The translations under genes and the position numbers were made by a program. A DNA stretch of 64,000 bases from Azolla caroliniana. Lineage: Eukaryota; Plantae; Polypodiophyta. Under the pieces are notes generated by a model. It did no database searches. It was not told the DNA's origin and saw only the letters and a program-made list of their open reading frames with translations. The stretch spans positions 11,284,001 to 11,348,000 of the forward strand of contig JBHGNT010000011.1 in assembly GCA_043228905.1 (NCBI GenBank). The letters are read 5' to 3'. This document shows, piece after piece, positions 37,295 to 49,805 of the stretch. How positions within the stretch are numbered: position 1 is the first letter of the stretch; the number at the start of each line of letters is the position of its first letter.

Positions 37295-40075
37295 ATGAGT
37301 GAAGATTCACCGTTCTCGATTGAAGAATATTGTTTGTCATCAGACTCATCGTTTTCTACTGAAGAGTATTGTTTGTCAACAGAGTCACCATATTCGATTG
37401 AAGAATATTGTCTGTCGACCAACTCACCATATTCTATCGAAGAATATTGTCTGAGCTCATCTACAGGGAATGTAAATAATGACACATGTGAAGAGTTCTC
37501 TATTGAAGAATACGATATTAATAAAGATACGGAGAATGAAGGTAGTGCCCAGGAAACATTGAATAACATTGGCGATGGTCACAACAGAGAATTAGACTGT
37601 AACAAGGTTACACCAACCTCTATGCAGGAAGAGAAATCTGGGAGCCCTATGCATATTAGAAGAATCCCACGAAGAATTCGTTTGGCTAGATTTAGCTTGG
37701 TGACATCAGATAAACAGATTGGATTTGATGTCAAAAAAATATGTTGTGCCCGTGGTTGTATGTCTATGATTGGAAAATCAAAGTTGCGAGAATTAAGGCG
37801 ATACTATTTTTCGATGACCGGTGATGAGCAAGACACTTACCTCGGGTCACATATGCAACTAGTATCTGACAAATGTATGGGGATTAAAGTATCATTCGAG
37901 TATTATATCTTCCAGGCGCAACAGATATGTAGAGTTGCATTCAAAATTGCGTTATGTGTTAGTAACATGCGGCTACATAGAGTACAACAACGTCTACTTA
38001 ACGGGGATCAGATGCTCAATTGTAAAGAGGTTCCAAGTATGAAAGGTGCAATTCGAAGACATGCTATTGGTTGGATGAAAACTTACTTTCAATTAAATTG
38101 TGAAGTAATGCCCACTACAGGTAGGATGCATCTTTCTGATAATTATACACGTCGGGAAGTTTATGATGTCTATCGATCTGATATGCTGGGCTCACGTAAT
38201 AAGTCTATCACCTATAGACAATTCACAAGATTATGGAGAGCTCGGTTTTCAAATGTTATTATTCCTCGTAAAGTACGTATGGGGTATTGCTCCATTTGTG
38301 CAAATCTTAAAAGTTTGGCTAAAGGTGCAAAGACATCAATGGAAAAGGATACGAGTAAGAAGTTACTACAAGAGCATCGTGAGGCACAATCTTTAGAACG
38401 AAAGAAGGCAATGCATCATAGAGAGAAGTGTTTGAAGAGGCCCGAACAATACATGTGCTTAATGATAGATGGCATGGACCAGAAGAAGACATGCTTGCCG
38501 CATATGCGGAGGCTCCCCAAAGATGTCAATGATGAGTGCCTTGTTCAAATGCACTTGGTGGGATGCTTGGCTTATAATAGGTCTGTTTGACCTCACGTCT
38601 TCATTACTTACCCCAATGTTCACAATGACCCTAACCTAACAGTTACAATGATTCACCGAGTTTTGATGTCTTGGGGCCAACCTTTCCCCCTTGTTCTATA
38701 CATTCAATTGGACAATACTGCTAGAGAGAACAAAAATTCAGCTGTATTTGGCTATCTAAGTATGTTGGTCAACCTAGAATTGTTTAGGAAAGTGAAAGTC
38801 AATTTCCTTTTGGTTGGCCACACACATGACCATATAGATCAGATGTTTAGCACATTCTCCAGACAGTTGTCTCGGCATGATGCTTTCACTTTACCTAAAC
38901 TATTTGATGTCATTTGTTATGCTTATACACCACGCCCAAAAGTGTTACACTTGAAGGAGGTATATGACTTTAAGAGATATATATTAGATGGGGGTGGTGG
39001 GAATGTTAAAGTGCTTGCTCAGTTAAACAATATAAGTTTCAATCACATTTTTATGATAAAGAAAAATGGAATAAGTGGTTCTACACTTTTGTATGCTAAA
39101 CAATATTCATCTTCTACAACATGGGAACCTGAAGGTGGTTGCCAGTTATTACTTTGTATGCCGAGTACAATTGTCCATGGAGCTAAGCAAATGCCAATTG
39201 AGAAGAAAGGACAGTTGCAGAGCGACTTGGTATCAGAACAAAAACGGTCATGGCTCCAAGCCTTAGAAGAAAAAAGAAAGCATATTGAGGCCGCCAAGAA
39301 ATATGCCGCACAACAAGACACGTCATGGTGGGATGTATTTTATAGTGATCAGAAAGAAATTATAGACAATTGTGTATCTGTTGATAATTGGAATTTGGAA
39401 ACGCCATTCACATGGTCGCTACAACATGATCACGTAAATAGAACTCCAGAGCAACTAGTAAATGCGATTAATGACAGCTTGGTCCATCCACAACAAAGAG
39501 ACATTTATGTGGGACCAAGGATGACCAAAGTAGCCGAAGCTAGATGACAAGGCAATTTGCAAGAGCTCACCGCGGGGATGTTGATTGCAACGCCGGCTGA
39601 TGAGAACTCACATGGCCACCAATTTTGGGTTGGTAAAATTCTAGAAGTGCTAATGCATGAAATAGAAAACACGATCAAGTCTATAAATGTTCATTGGTAC
39701 AACACTAGAAGTGCAAATGCTTTTACAGGTAAGTATACATTGGAGATGATTGAATGCCCAACAAGAAGGGGACGTAGGAAGAGGAAGCGAAACATTCGTA
39801 ACACCTCAACCCTTGATATCTCTGATGTGGATATCATTGTGTACGACTTCACACTTACAAAAGCCGGACGATTAAGGAAGTCAACAATAGATATAATAAA
39901 AGAAAAAATACTAGGTCTACAAGGTGGCTCGAGTCAAAGGCAAACGAGATCTGCTACATATAATCTAGAGTCAAACCATTTGGTTTATGACGAAGATAAT
40001 GCACTGATTGGTACATCCGAGGATGATGAGGAGGAATCGTCATTGTATATTAATTATAGTAGTGATTCTCCGTAA
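37295..40075 (+). pseudogene. DDD transposase (Sola1/DUF7869-like) with N-terminal 13-aa repeats and a C-terminal BAH/Tudor-like domain; two in-frame TGA
   Basis: Three ORFs in one frame (stops at 38588-38590 and 39545-39547). Motifs CCARGC, CSIC, IDGMDQKK, YIQLDNTARENKN, FLLVGHTHDHIDQMFS; C-terminal FWVGKILEV...VHWY. Confidence 0.8.
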
Positions 40076-40431
40076 AGGAGTGATCATGAATGTATATTTG
40101 GCTATTAAGTGTAACTACATTCCGCTTGTAACAAATCGAGTAATATAAAAGCATGTGTTTTGAATTCTTATGATTTCTAAAAAATCGTTTCTTATAAAAT
40201 AACATTGGTTGTAAAGTTTGTGATATAAATTGAGAATGTATCTTTTTGAAATTCGTCTTTTTTTAGTTACTTCTAAATCACGAAAATAATGGATTTTTAA
40301 CCTTTTTCATAGTATGTTTGAACATGTATGATACTGGTATCAATGTGTTTTGTAAAATCATTGAAAAACCCCTAAAATTTCCCTTATCCTTCCATTTATG
40401 CGCAATCCTTCCACTTGTGAACGCGAACGTG

Positions 40432-43400
40432 TTTTTTTCTCTAACAAAGTGATAATGCACTTCAATGTGCTTTGTTCTTGCATGGAACACTAGGTTTTTT
40501 GCAAGCTGAATGCTGCTCATATTGGCACACCAGATTATGACAGTACCATCTATATACTCTCCCAAATCAGCAAGCAATCTTCTGATCCATACCTCTTCAC
40601 AAGTAGCTATGGCGGCTCCTCTGTACTCAGCTTCAGTAATAGACAATGCACAATAGCTTGTTTCTTGCTACTCCATGAAATACCTGCACTTCCCAATGTA
40701 AACATATATCCACTTGTGGATCTTCTATCTGTTTGGCTTCCAGCCCAATCAGCATCTGTATATCCTTCCAGATTTATGTCCAAATCAGTCCTGTAAAACA
40801 ATCCATAATTCTGAGTAGCTTTTACATACCTCAGAATTCTTCTAATGCAGTCCAAATGCGGCTTTGTTGGTTGTTGCATAAATTGGTTGACTAATCCAAC
40901 TGCATAACTCAAATAAGGTCTTTTATGGTCAAATAAATAAGGCTGCCCACCATAGACCTGTACATGTTTACATCTTCTATTTTGGCCCCCAAATCAGCCC
41001 TTAATTTGCAGTTTTTATCTAGTGGTACTCCAATAGGTTTGCATCCAAGCATACCATACTTTTTCAACATAGTTGTTGCATATTGTCTTTGCAACACATA
41101 TATACCATTTTCAGATCTGATGATTAATTCAATACCCAAAAAATATCTCAGATCTCCCAAATCTTTCATATGAAATTTCATTTCCAAATTTCATTTCAGT
41201 TTACATATTTCATCCATGAAATCACCTCCAATGATGAGATCATCAACATAAATCAGAATCACAACAATACAATCATCTTTCCTTTTAACATACAATGATG
41301 AATCAGCCTTTGACATTTTGAAGCCAAGTTTTTTCAGATAATCTGAGAGTTCTCTGTGCCATGCTCTTGGTGCTTGTTTCAGTCCATAGAGAGCCTTTTT
41401 CAACTTACATACATAATCTGGATGCTTCCTATCTTCAAAACCTGGTGGTTGACACATATACACTTCTTCTTCCAAGTTACCATGTAAAAAGGCATTTTTT
41501 ACATCCATATGATGAAGAGACCATCTTCTGGCTGCACCTACAGCCAGTAATGTCCTCAATGTTGCCATCTTTGCAACCGGTGCAAATGTCTCATCATAAT
41601 CAATTCCTTGCATTTGGGCATATCCCTTTGCAACCAATCTTGCTTTATGTCTACTTACATTCCCACTGGAATCATGCTTTGTCTTGTAGCCCTACCACAT
41701 TTTTTTCTTTTGGTAACTTCACCAAATCCCATGTTCTGTTTTCAGCCAATGCATCAATCTCTTCTTGCATTGCATCCACCCATTTCTTCTCAGTTTTAGC
41801 CTCATCAAAACTACTTGGATCAGGGATCTGTACCACCTTAGACATATATGCATAATGCATAGCCATATATGTATCATAACCAAATCTTTCAACAATTTTT
41901 TTCTCTCTATCTGATCTTCTCAGTTTCTGATTTGCATCCTTCAATGCTTTTTCCATACCAGGGATTTTCAATCCTCTTATACCAAGAAGATCATCCAATG
42001 ACATATCTGAATCCTCATCTTCCATGTTTTTAGACAAGTCATCCAACATTTCATACTCTGGCATTTTCTGTTTTCCTTTTTTATCATCACATTTTTTGTG
42101 TCCTCCACTTTTTCCACTCCAAGAATTCGAATCAGATTTACCATCTGAGCTTTTTGATGGTCCAGAACATTCTGTTGATGTTGGACTTTGTTGTCCAACC
42201 TTGCTTCCATCTCTGTGGCAGTCTTCTACATTTTCAGTTTTGTCTCTGTCTTCAATCTCATTGTCTTCATCAGTCTCTGGATTCTATTTTGGATTGTACA
42301 AGCTGGCTAACTCATCAAAGATTACATCCCTACTTTTCACAATCTTCTTTGTTACAGGGTTATAACATCTATACCCTTTTTGTTCTTCTGAATAGCCAAC
42401 AAAAATACATTTTTCTGCTTTTGGATCCAGCTTACTTCTTACTTCTGCAGGCACATGTACATATGCAAGGCATCCAAACACTTTTAAGTGTTCTAAACTA
42501 GGTTTCCTTCCATAGAAACACTCTTCAGGAGTTGCTTCATGTACTCCCGATGTTATACATCTATTTAGAATATAATTTGTTGTATTTACAGCTTCTGCCC
42601 AATAGTACAATGGCATATACTTCTCTGTCATCAAAGCCCTTGCAATGTTCACCAATGTTCTGTTTTTCCTCTCAGCAACTCCATTTTGCTGTGGACTATA
42701 TCTACATGTGAACTGTCTTCTTATTCCCTGATTGCATAGAAAATCAGAAAATTCATTGGAGAAATACTCTCCTCCTCTATCAAAGCTTAAATATTTTATT
42801 CTTGTACCTACATGCTTTTCTACCATGCATTTAAACTTACGAAAACATTCAAACACTTCACTTTTCTCTTTCATGAAGTACACCCATGTTTATCTTGAGC
42901 AATCATCAATAAAGGTTACATAGAATCTGCAGCCATCGATAGATGCATTCTTAGTTGGTCCCCATACATTCGTATGTACCAAATCCAACAAATTTTTACT
43001 TACATGTCTTTCATGAGGGAATGGCAACCTATTTGGCTTTCCATATTGACATGCTTCACATATCTTTCCCATTTCACAATTTTTCAGTTTTGGCAGTCCA
43101 GCCACTGCATCTTTTCTCAACATATTCTTTAGGGTTTGCATACTTATGTGGCCAATCCTTTTATGCCACATTTCCACATATGAGACTACACTCATTCCAT
43201 TTGCAAACATAGCTAAAATCTGTCTAGGCATGTCAACATCCAAAATAAACATTCTTCCTTGTTGTTTTCCTTTTGCAATGAGCTTCCCATTCTTTTCTAT
43301 ATAGCATCCACTTTGCTTAAACTTTACTTGCATACCTTGCTCTACTATCTGTCCAACAGAAATCAGATTCTTAGCAAGATTTGGAACATGCATTACATTC

Positions 43401-45065
43401 AACATATACTTAGTCTTTCCTTTTTCTTCCCACAATGGGATATCTCCAACATGTTCTATTTGGTGAGTACTATTATCACCCGTCTGTACATAGCCAGGAA
43501 TCTCTGGTTCTCTTAACCTTTCAAACCAGTTTGCATGTCCAGTCATATGGTTAGATGCCCCCGAGTCTACATACCATGTAAACTCTTCATTACATTTCTG
43601 TGAGCTTTCAGCCACTGCTGCTATCTCATGTTGTACCACAAATGCACCATCTTTTTCACAATCTTCACTAGTTTGGGCATAGTTATTCTGTTGTCTCTTT
43701 TCTCTTTGCTCATCATTTTGCTTCTTGTAACATTCAACCTGTGTGTGGCCTGGTTTTCCACAATACCAACAGCCATCATCATTTACATATGTTTGCTTAC
43801 CTCTACCTTGGTTGCTCCCCCTGCCTCTGTTGTTGTTTCTTCCTCTAATGGTTTGTTGTCCTCTTCCTTGATAACCATTATTGTTGGTTCTTGCTGAGCC
43901 AAATCTTCCATGGCCTCTTCCTCGGCCTCTTCCAGCACTATTATATAGGGCTTGCCCCTCATTCTCAAGATTTCCTTTATTTACATCATCCATCTGATTC
44001 CTTTCTTCTACTACAAGCATTGAAACCAGATCTGGAAAACTTGGGATACTATCCCTTGTAAGCATAGAGGTTTTAAAGCTTTTGTATTGAGGTCCTAAGC
44101 CTCTCAAGCATATTTCTACCTTATCATCATCTTCTATCTTTACATTGATAGAAGCAAGTGATTCACATATGCTCTTTATTTTCAAAGCATACTCATTTAT
44201 TGACATCTTACCTTTTTCTAAGGTATTTAGCTCAGTCTTCAACTGTAGCTTTCTAGCTTTTGTGTTTACTGCAAACAATTTTACCAAACTATCCCAAGCT
44301 TCTTTTGGGAGCATAGCATCTTGTATGTTTCCAATCTTTGAATGCTTTAATCTGTGCTGCTGTGGCATTTTCTTCTTGGATCTCCGGAGCCTCTTCTAGG
44401 TCTCCTTCAATGTAATCCCAGTATCCTTTCCCCATCAGGAAATTTGTCATTCTAAATTTCCACACCGGGAAATTGTTTTTATCTAGTTTCTCTGTAACTA
44501 TTTGGCCCGCATTCTCTGCAGCCATTATCTCTTCCAAACTAGGGTTTCTGTTACAATTACTTCAACAAGTAACTTTCTGATTCAGATCAGCAACCAGAGA
44601 AATACCTTTCTCAGTTCTATGCACTTCGGTACTCTTCTTTATGAGCAACTTGCTCTGATACCATGTTAAGAAAACGTGAAGAAGGCACTCGGGCTCTTCT
44701 TATGTGCGCGGCGGATCGTGGTGTGCTGGATCGTTTGGTGCTAAAACACAGAAGGGAAGGGGGAAGGAGACTTTCCTCTGTAGCAGCCAAAACTTCTTCT
44801 ACTTCATTACACGCAGAGCTCTACTTGCTCTCGTCTGTTTCTCTCTTCTACTCTCACTCTCTGAGTTCTACCTCTCTATCTTTTCTCTCTTACTTTTTAC
44901 CTAAGTAATAAGTTGCTTACCTATGCAACTAATTAGCTGTTAGTCGCTAAATAGCTGTCAGTAGCTAATTAGTTGTTTCTCCTTTATGTTCACAAGTAGC
45001 TAAATAGCTACTATAGCTTATTTCCTAATAAGCATCAAATACCATGTTGAGCTTGCTTCTCAACA
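40432..45065 (-). mobile_element. AT-rich Ty1/Copia element F: 5' LTR 44664-45065, Met PBS, frameshifted gag-pol, cut at RNase H
   Basis: Zinc knuckle CWYCGKPGHTQVEC, WYVDSGASNHM, integrase, IYVDDL, HIEVHYHFVREK; PBS TGGTATCAGAGC on - at 44652-44663. Confidence 0.93.
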
Positions 45066-45715
45066 AATGGGACTAGCTATCCGCTTCATAGCGACATCTT
45101 GAGACATTGTTGATGATTCCGTTGGTGAGACAAAACTCTTTTTTTTCAAATATTTTAATTTCAACTTCCAAGGTATGGGATGCCAATGGTATTTTATGTT
45201 TGTCTCTTGTCTTTCGCTCAAGGTATGGGTATGGGAGGTTGATTATATTTGGTTGTACAGAATACCTATGTTATTTTATGTTTGTCTCTTGTCCTCATGG
45301 GTGGTCAATGTGGTCAAGAACCCTTAAACTATTATTTTATTAATCTTAATATTCTTTTATAATAATTAGTGTTTAAATTTTAATAGATGTAGATTTAGGT
45401 ATACCAAATGGGATATATTGAATTTTACGTCTATGGCAAGAGTTGTATTGGTTGTGGGTTTACCTATTTTGGAAGTTGTTTGGCAACCAAGGTGGATTAA
45501 CATTGTTTCGGTTTGTATTTTCATTCTTGCTTAGCACAATGGGATGTAGATTTATATATGTAAAGGGGGATGTATTGAATCCGATGTCTATAACGACAGA
45601 TGGATTGGTTTTCGCATTCTATATATCGCATGCTTGTTTTGCACATTGTATGCATTATGTTTGCTTGTCAAAAAGAAGGGAATGTTTTTTGAGTGTGTCC
45701 TTGGCCACGCACTTG

Positions 45716-47040
45716 AGTGGTTGTATTATTGTGCATGGTTGTGTGTTGTGCACTTATGTGCCATAAGTGGTGTATGGAGACACATGGGGATTTGTTGATT
45801 GTGTCAATTTTCATATGATAATGTCTCTTTCATTAAGGGGTCATCCTTCCATCAATGTTGTATATTTAAGATTCAAAACAAGGACTCTCTTTATTTGATA
45901 ACTTAGAATGTACACATGGTCATTAGGGTGTCCTTACATCATGTAGGCCAATCGTGTAGGTCTACAAGACTACACGTACATGTAGCTAGTGATGCACATT
46001 TAACAATTATGTGCACTTATGTGCCATAAGTGGTGTATGGAGACACATGGGGATTTGGTTGTGTGTTGTGCACTTATGTGCCATAAGTGGTGTATGGAGA
46101 CACATGGGGATTTGTTGATTGTGTCAATTTTCATATGATAATGTCTCTTTCATTAAGGGGTCATCCTTCCATCAATGTTGTATATTTAAGATTCAAAACA
46201 AGGACTCTCTTTATATGATAACTTAGAATGTACACATGGTCATTAGGGTGTCCTTACATCATGTAGGCCAATCGTGTAGGTCTACAAGACTACACGTACA
46301 TGTAGCTAGTGATGCACATTTAACAATTATGTGCACTTATGTGCCATAAGTGGTGTATGGAGACACATGGGGATTTGGTTGTGTGTTGTGCACTTATGTG
46401 CCATAAGTGGTGTATGGAGACACATGGGGATTTGTTGATTGTGTCAATTTTCATATGATAATGTCTCTTTCATTAAGGGGTCATCCTTCCACCAATGTTG
46501 TATATTTAAGATTCAAAACAAGGACTCTCTTTATTTGATAACTTAGAATGTACACATGGTCATTAGGGTGTCCTTACATCATGTAGGCCAATCGTGTAGG
46601 TCTACAAGACTACACGTACATGTAGCTAGTGATGCACATTTAACAATTATAGCCCATAAAATATTGAATTATAAGCACAAAAAATGACAAAAGCAAAATA
46701 AGGAGAATGAGAAACCACTTATGGCACATAAGTGCACAACACACAACCATGCACAATAATACAACCACTTATTGATTGTGTCAATTTTCATATGATAATG
46801 TCTCTTTCATTAAGGGGTCATCCTTCCATCAATGTTGTATATTTAAGATTCAAAACAAGAACTCTCTTTATTTGATAACTTAGAATGTACACATGGTCAT
46901 TAGGGTGTCCTTACATCATGTAGGTCTACAAGACTACACGTACATGTAGCTAGTGATGCACATTTAACAATTATAGCCCATAAAATATTGAATTATAAGC
47001 ACAAAAAATGACAAAAGCAAAATAAGGAGAATGAGAAACC
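45716..47040. repeat. Near-identical 320-bp tandem repeat (3 copies plus a 4th after a short inversion)
   Basis: Matching positions at 45751, 46071 and 46391; ~46715-46770 is the reverse complement of ~45716-45770; a further copy lies at ~46772-47040. Confidence 0.92.
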
Positions 47041-47403
47041 TTCCATGTCAATGTCTGTAATCTTTCAACTGAAACTTTAACAACACCACCTCCATTTGGC
47101 AAGTACGAATGACAATGGTATCAAATTGGTTCTTTGCTTATCACATGAACATAGTCCATTTAAAGTGATGTTATGTCAATACATAAAACTACCACATGAC
47201 TAGAATGAATTTCAAATTAAAACCAATTGAAGATGTCCATACTTATCAATGGTGTAATCAATCCATCTCTAAAAAGTGGCAACCCATCTTATTGTGTCCA
47301 TATTTTAATACATGTTAAATTGATATCTAATAAGTGACATTCAATCTTATTATATGGGTAGTTCATACTTGTGGAGTTATTGATGTCCATTGGATCTAAG
47401 CAC

Positions 47404-47924
47404 CAACTATGGGCCCAATTCAGTTTTGAGTCGATTCAGTTTCTTTGCGTTGAAACCAAACCAAACCATTTATAGAAAACAAAAAGCAAACCAAATCATT
47501 CCAAGCCACTTAAACTAAACCATTAAAGAAAAGATAAACCAAACCATTTAAGGAAAAGTTAAAACCAATCGGAACCATTCAACTCAAATTATTTAAATAA
47601 TTAGATAAATAAAAATACATTAAAGTAAATCACCATTTAGGTCAAATTAATCAAAAAATTAAATAAATTAGAATATATTAAATTGAATAAACATCCAATT
47701 ACATATGAATTAAATAAAAATTAATAAAATAATTAACTAAATCACTAAATCAATAAACTATAAAGGAAATAAAAAAAGTTAATTGAAAACCAATAAACTA
47801 AACCACGCCAACCCATAAACTGATAAACCTGAGTTTTTAAACCAAACCGTTTAATTATATTGGAGCCGATAAACAATGGCTGAACGGTTCAATTTGGTTT
47901 GATCCAAAACCGACCCCATAGTTA
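47404..47924. mobile_element. hAT-family MITE
   Basis: TIR CAACTATGGG / CCCATAGTTA, 8-bp TSD CTAAGCAC / TTAAGCAC, subterminal AAACC/GGTT motifs, AT-rich core. Confidence 0.8.
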
Positions 47925-48725
47925 TTAAGCACAAAATGTTTCATTAATCTACTCTCTATGAAGAACTATAATATGAGCACATATTAATATGTTTCCTTCC
48001 AGAATTGAAAACTTTAGCAACATTGCCGATTGCAATATTTTCAGATCATGGCATGGTTAAAAATTCGTTGTAATGACTCATAATGATTATTCGACCATTT
48101 GCCTAAGAAGTGGTCATGAACAATTCGAACCAACATTTACAACTTACCTTATAAAGCTCGCAATGATGTGCATTCCTTAAAGATAAGCTTGCCCATTCTA
48201 ATTTTTATGTATGTGCATGGAGTAAATATGAACTTTTGCCCATTGTAACCCTTTCCTGTTTAAGATTTACGCATGTTCCTCACCTATGACAGCATGCTGA
48301 CAAATCCATGTACACTTTGGAAAGCTTCATTTTGTCGATTGATCATTTGCAGTTCATGGCTTGCTTAATAAGACAGAATAGATTATGTCAATCTTGCTAG
48401 GTGAGGAGGCAACCCTCTCCCTCTCCATTTTTCACAAATGGAGGTTACATAAAAATAAAATAAAAATTTGTACACATCATTTTGGGAAGATGGAGATCAG
48501 GTGCCTTACAAAAAGGACTTGAACCTTCTCTCAGACACGATAAATCTTCTTAGATTTATCAAAGGCAAACCCACATGTGATAGGACTGGTAGTTAGGTCA
48601 CTGAGAAGATGCTGGCACGAGATCGAAGAAGAAAACATCGAAATGTATTTAGGGGGGGGGGGAACATATCCCATGCTCCCAATATAAATTAATTGAGTGA
48701 AACAAGATCAAACAAATAAATAAAA

Positions 48726-49763
48726 TCAGTTGGAATCCCCACCTTTCCATTGGATGAGTTGTAGGAGATAATCAGCAAGTTTGTGAAGAGGGGAGGCTTT
48801 GGAAGCATCAAACATTTGCAATTGATGTTTGGTCTCTTGATGCAATTGCTGGGCTAGCATTTTGGATCCCTCTAATCCGAGCAATTCAGTGTATGTAGTG
48901 GGCCTTCTTTCATACATCAAGGCATCATCAGGATGATCGCGATCATCATGAGAATGATCTAAGATGTCAACCACAACCTCGAAAAGCAGGCTAATGTAGC
49001 GAGCGTATCGCCGTAACCTTTCGACTGCTGCCTCCGATCCTCCCCCTAAGATGGCCCCACTCACGACCGATCCTTCCAAGAGGGCCGCAGTCTTATGCAA
49101 ATGCACACAATTCAGACTGTCTATATCCAGGACACACAGGTCCTGCCCCTGTGATGTCTCCATGTCCATGAACTCGCCCGAGATGATGCCGCCAGTGCCC
49201 GAGGCTCGGCAGAGCTCGGAGATGACTCGGGCGAGCTTCTCCGGGGGAACGCCTTTGGTGGCAGAGACGAGGTTCTGGAGCGCGAACCCGAGGTAAGAAG
49301 CTTGGGCGGGGGCAGGAAAAGGTGGTTCGATGCCGCGGCGGCGGGTCATCGACATCTTGTGGATGACTTCGACAGCGCAGGCGGCGGGGAGGGCCACATC
49401 AGCTGAGCCTCCCACCAATTCACAAGCTGCAAGGCAGAGGACGGGGCGGATCCTCTTCCCTCTGGACAACATTAGCAGCTCCGCATCCTCCTCCCGTGGG
49501 GCCCGGGGCAGCGCCTCGCACAAGGCGTCGTTCACCGCTCGGGCCTTGGACAGCAGGAAAGAGTTGAGCTCCTCCTGCTCCGTCTCCAGCAGCAGCTTCT
49601 CCGCCATGGCTACTTGGAGCCCCCGGTTCAGACTGAGGCGCGCCGCATGAGGGGAATGGGGGAATCGTAGGCGATTTGGGGGAGATTTGGCAGCTCTTGC
49701 TGCTCTTGCTGCAGCAGCTGCTCCACACCATCTGTGAAGGAGGAGGTCCCCCATACATTCCAT
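48726..49763 (-). CDS. Intronless geranylgeranyl diphosphate synthase-like protein lacking both DDxxD motifs, probable plastid transit peptide
   Basis: GKRIRPVLCLAACELVGG, ACAVEVIH, HLHKTAALLEGSVVSGAILGGG, RLRRYARYISLLFEVVVDILD and TYTELLGLEGSK match plant GGPPS. Ala/Arg/Ser-rich N-terminus; intact 345-aa ORF. Confidence 0.88.
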   Translation of the reverse strand: MECMGDLLLHRWCGAAAAARAARAAKSPPNRLRFPHSPHAARLSLNRGLQVAMAEKLLLETEQEELNSFLLSKARAVNDALCEALPRAPREEDAELLMLSRGKRIRPVLCLAACELVGGSADVALPAACAVEVIHKMSMTRRRGIEPPFPAPAQASYLGFALQNLVSATKGVPPEKLARVISELCRASGTGGIISGEFMDMETSQGQDLCVLDIDSLNCVHLHKTAALLEGSVVSGAILGGGSEAAVERLRRYARYISLLFEVVVDILDHSHDDRDHPDDALMYERRPTTYTELLGLEGSKMLAQQLHQETKHQLQMFDASKASPLHKLADYLLQLIQWKGGDSN

Positions 49764-49764
49764 T

Positions 49765-49768
<4 letters not shown>

Positions 49769-49802
<34 letters not shown>
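49769..49802. repeat. (CA)n microsatellite directly upstream of the GGPPS-like start codon
   Basis: About 17 CA units a few bases from the ATG. Confidence 0.95.

Positions 49803-49805
<3 letters not shown>

Larger units (their letters stand above)
34505..40431. mobile_element. DNA transposon-like unit (DDD transposase, divergent ParB-like gene, palindrome array); left end deleted
   Basis: Interrupts Copia F within RNase H at 40431 (terminus ...CTTGTGAACGCGAACGTG, i.e. 5'-CAC on -). The left side is fused to Copia E at ~34504, so no second TIR or TSD can be checked. Confidence 0.72.
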
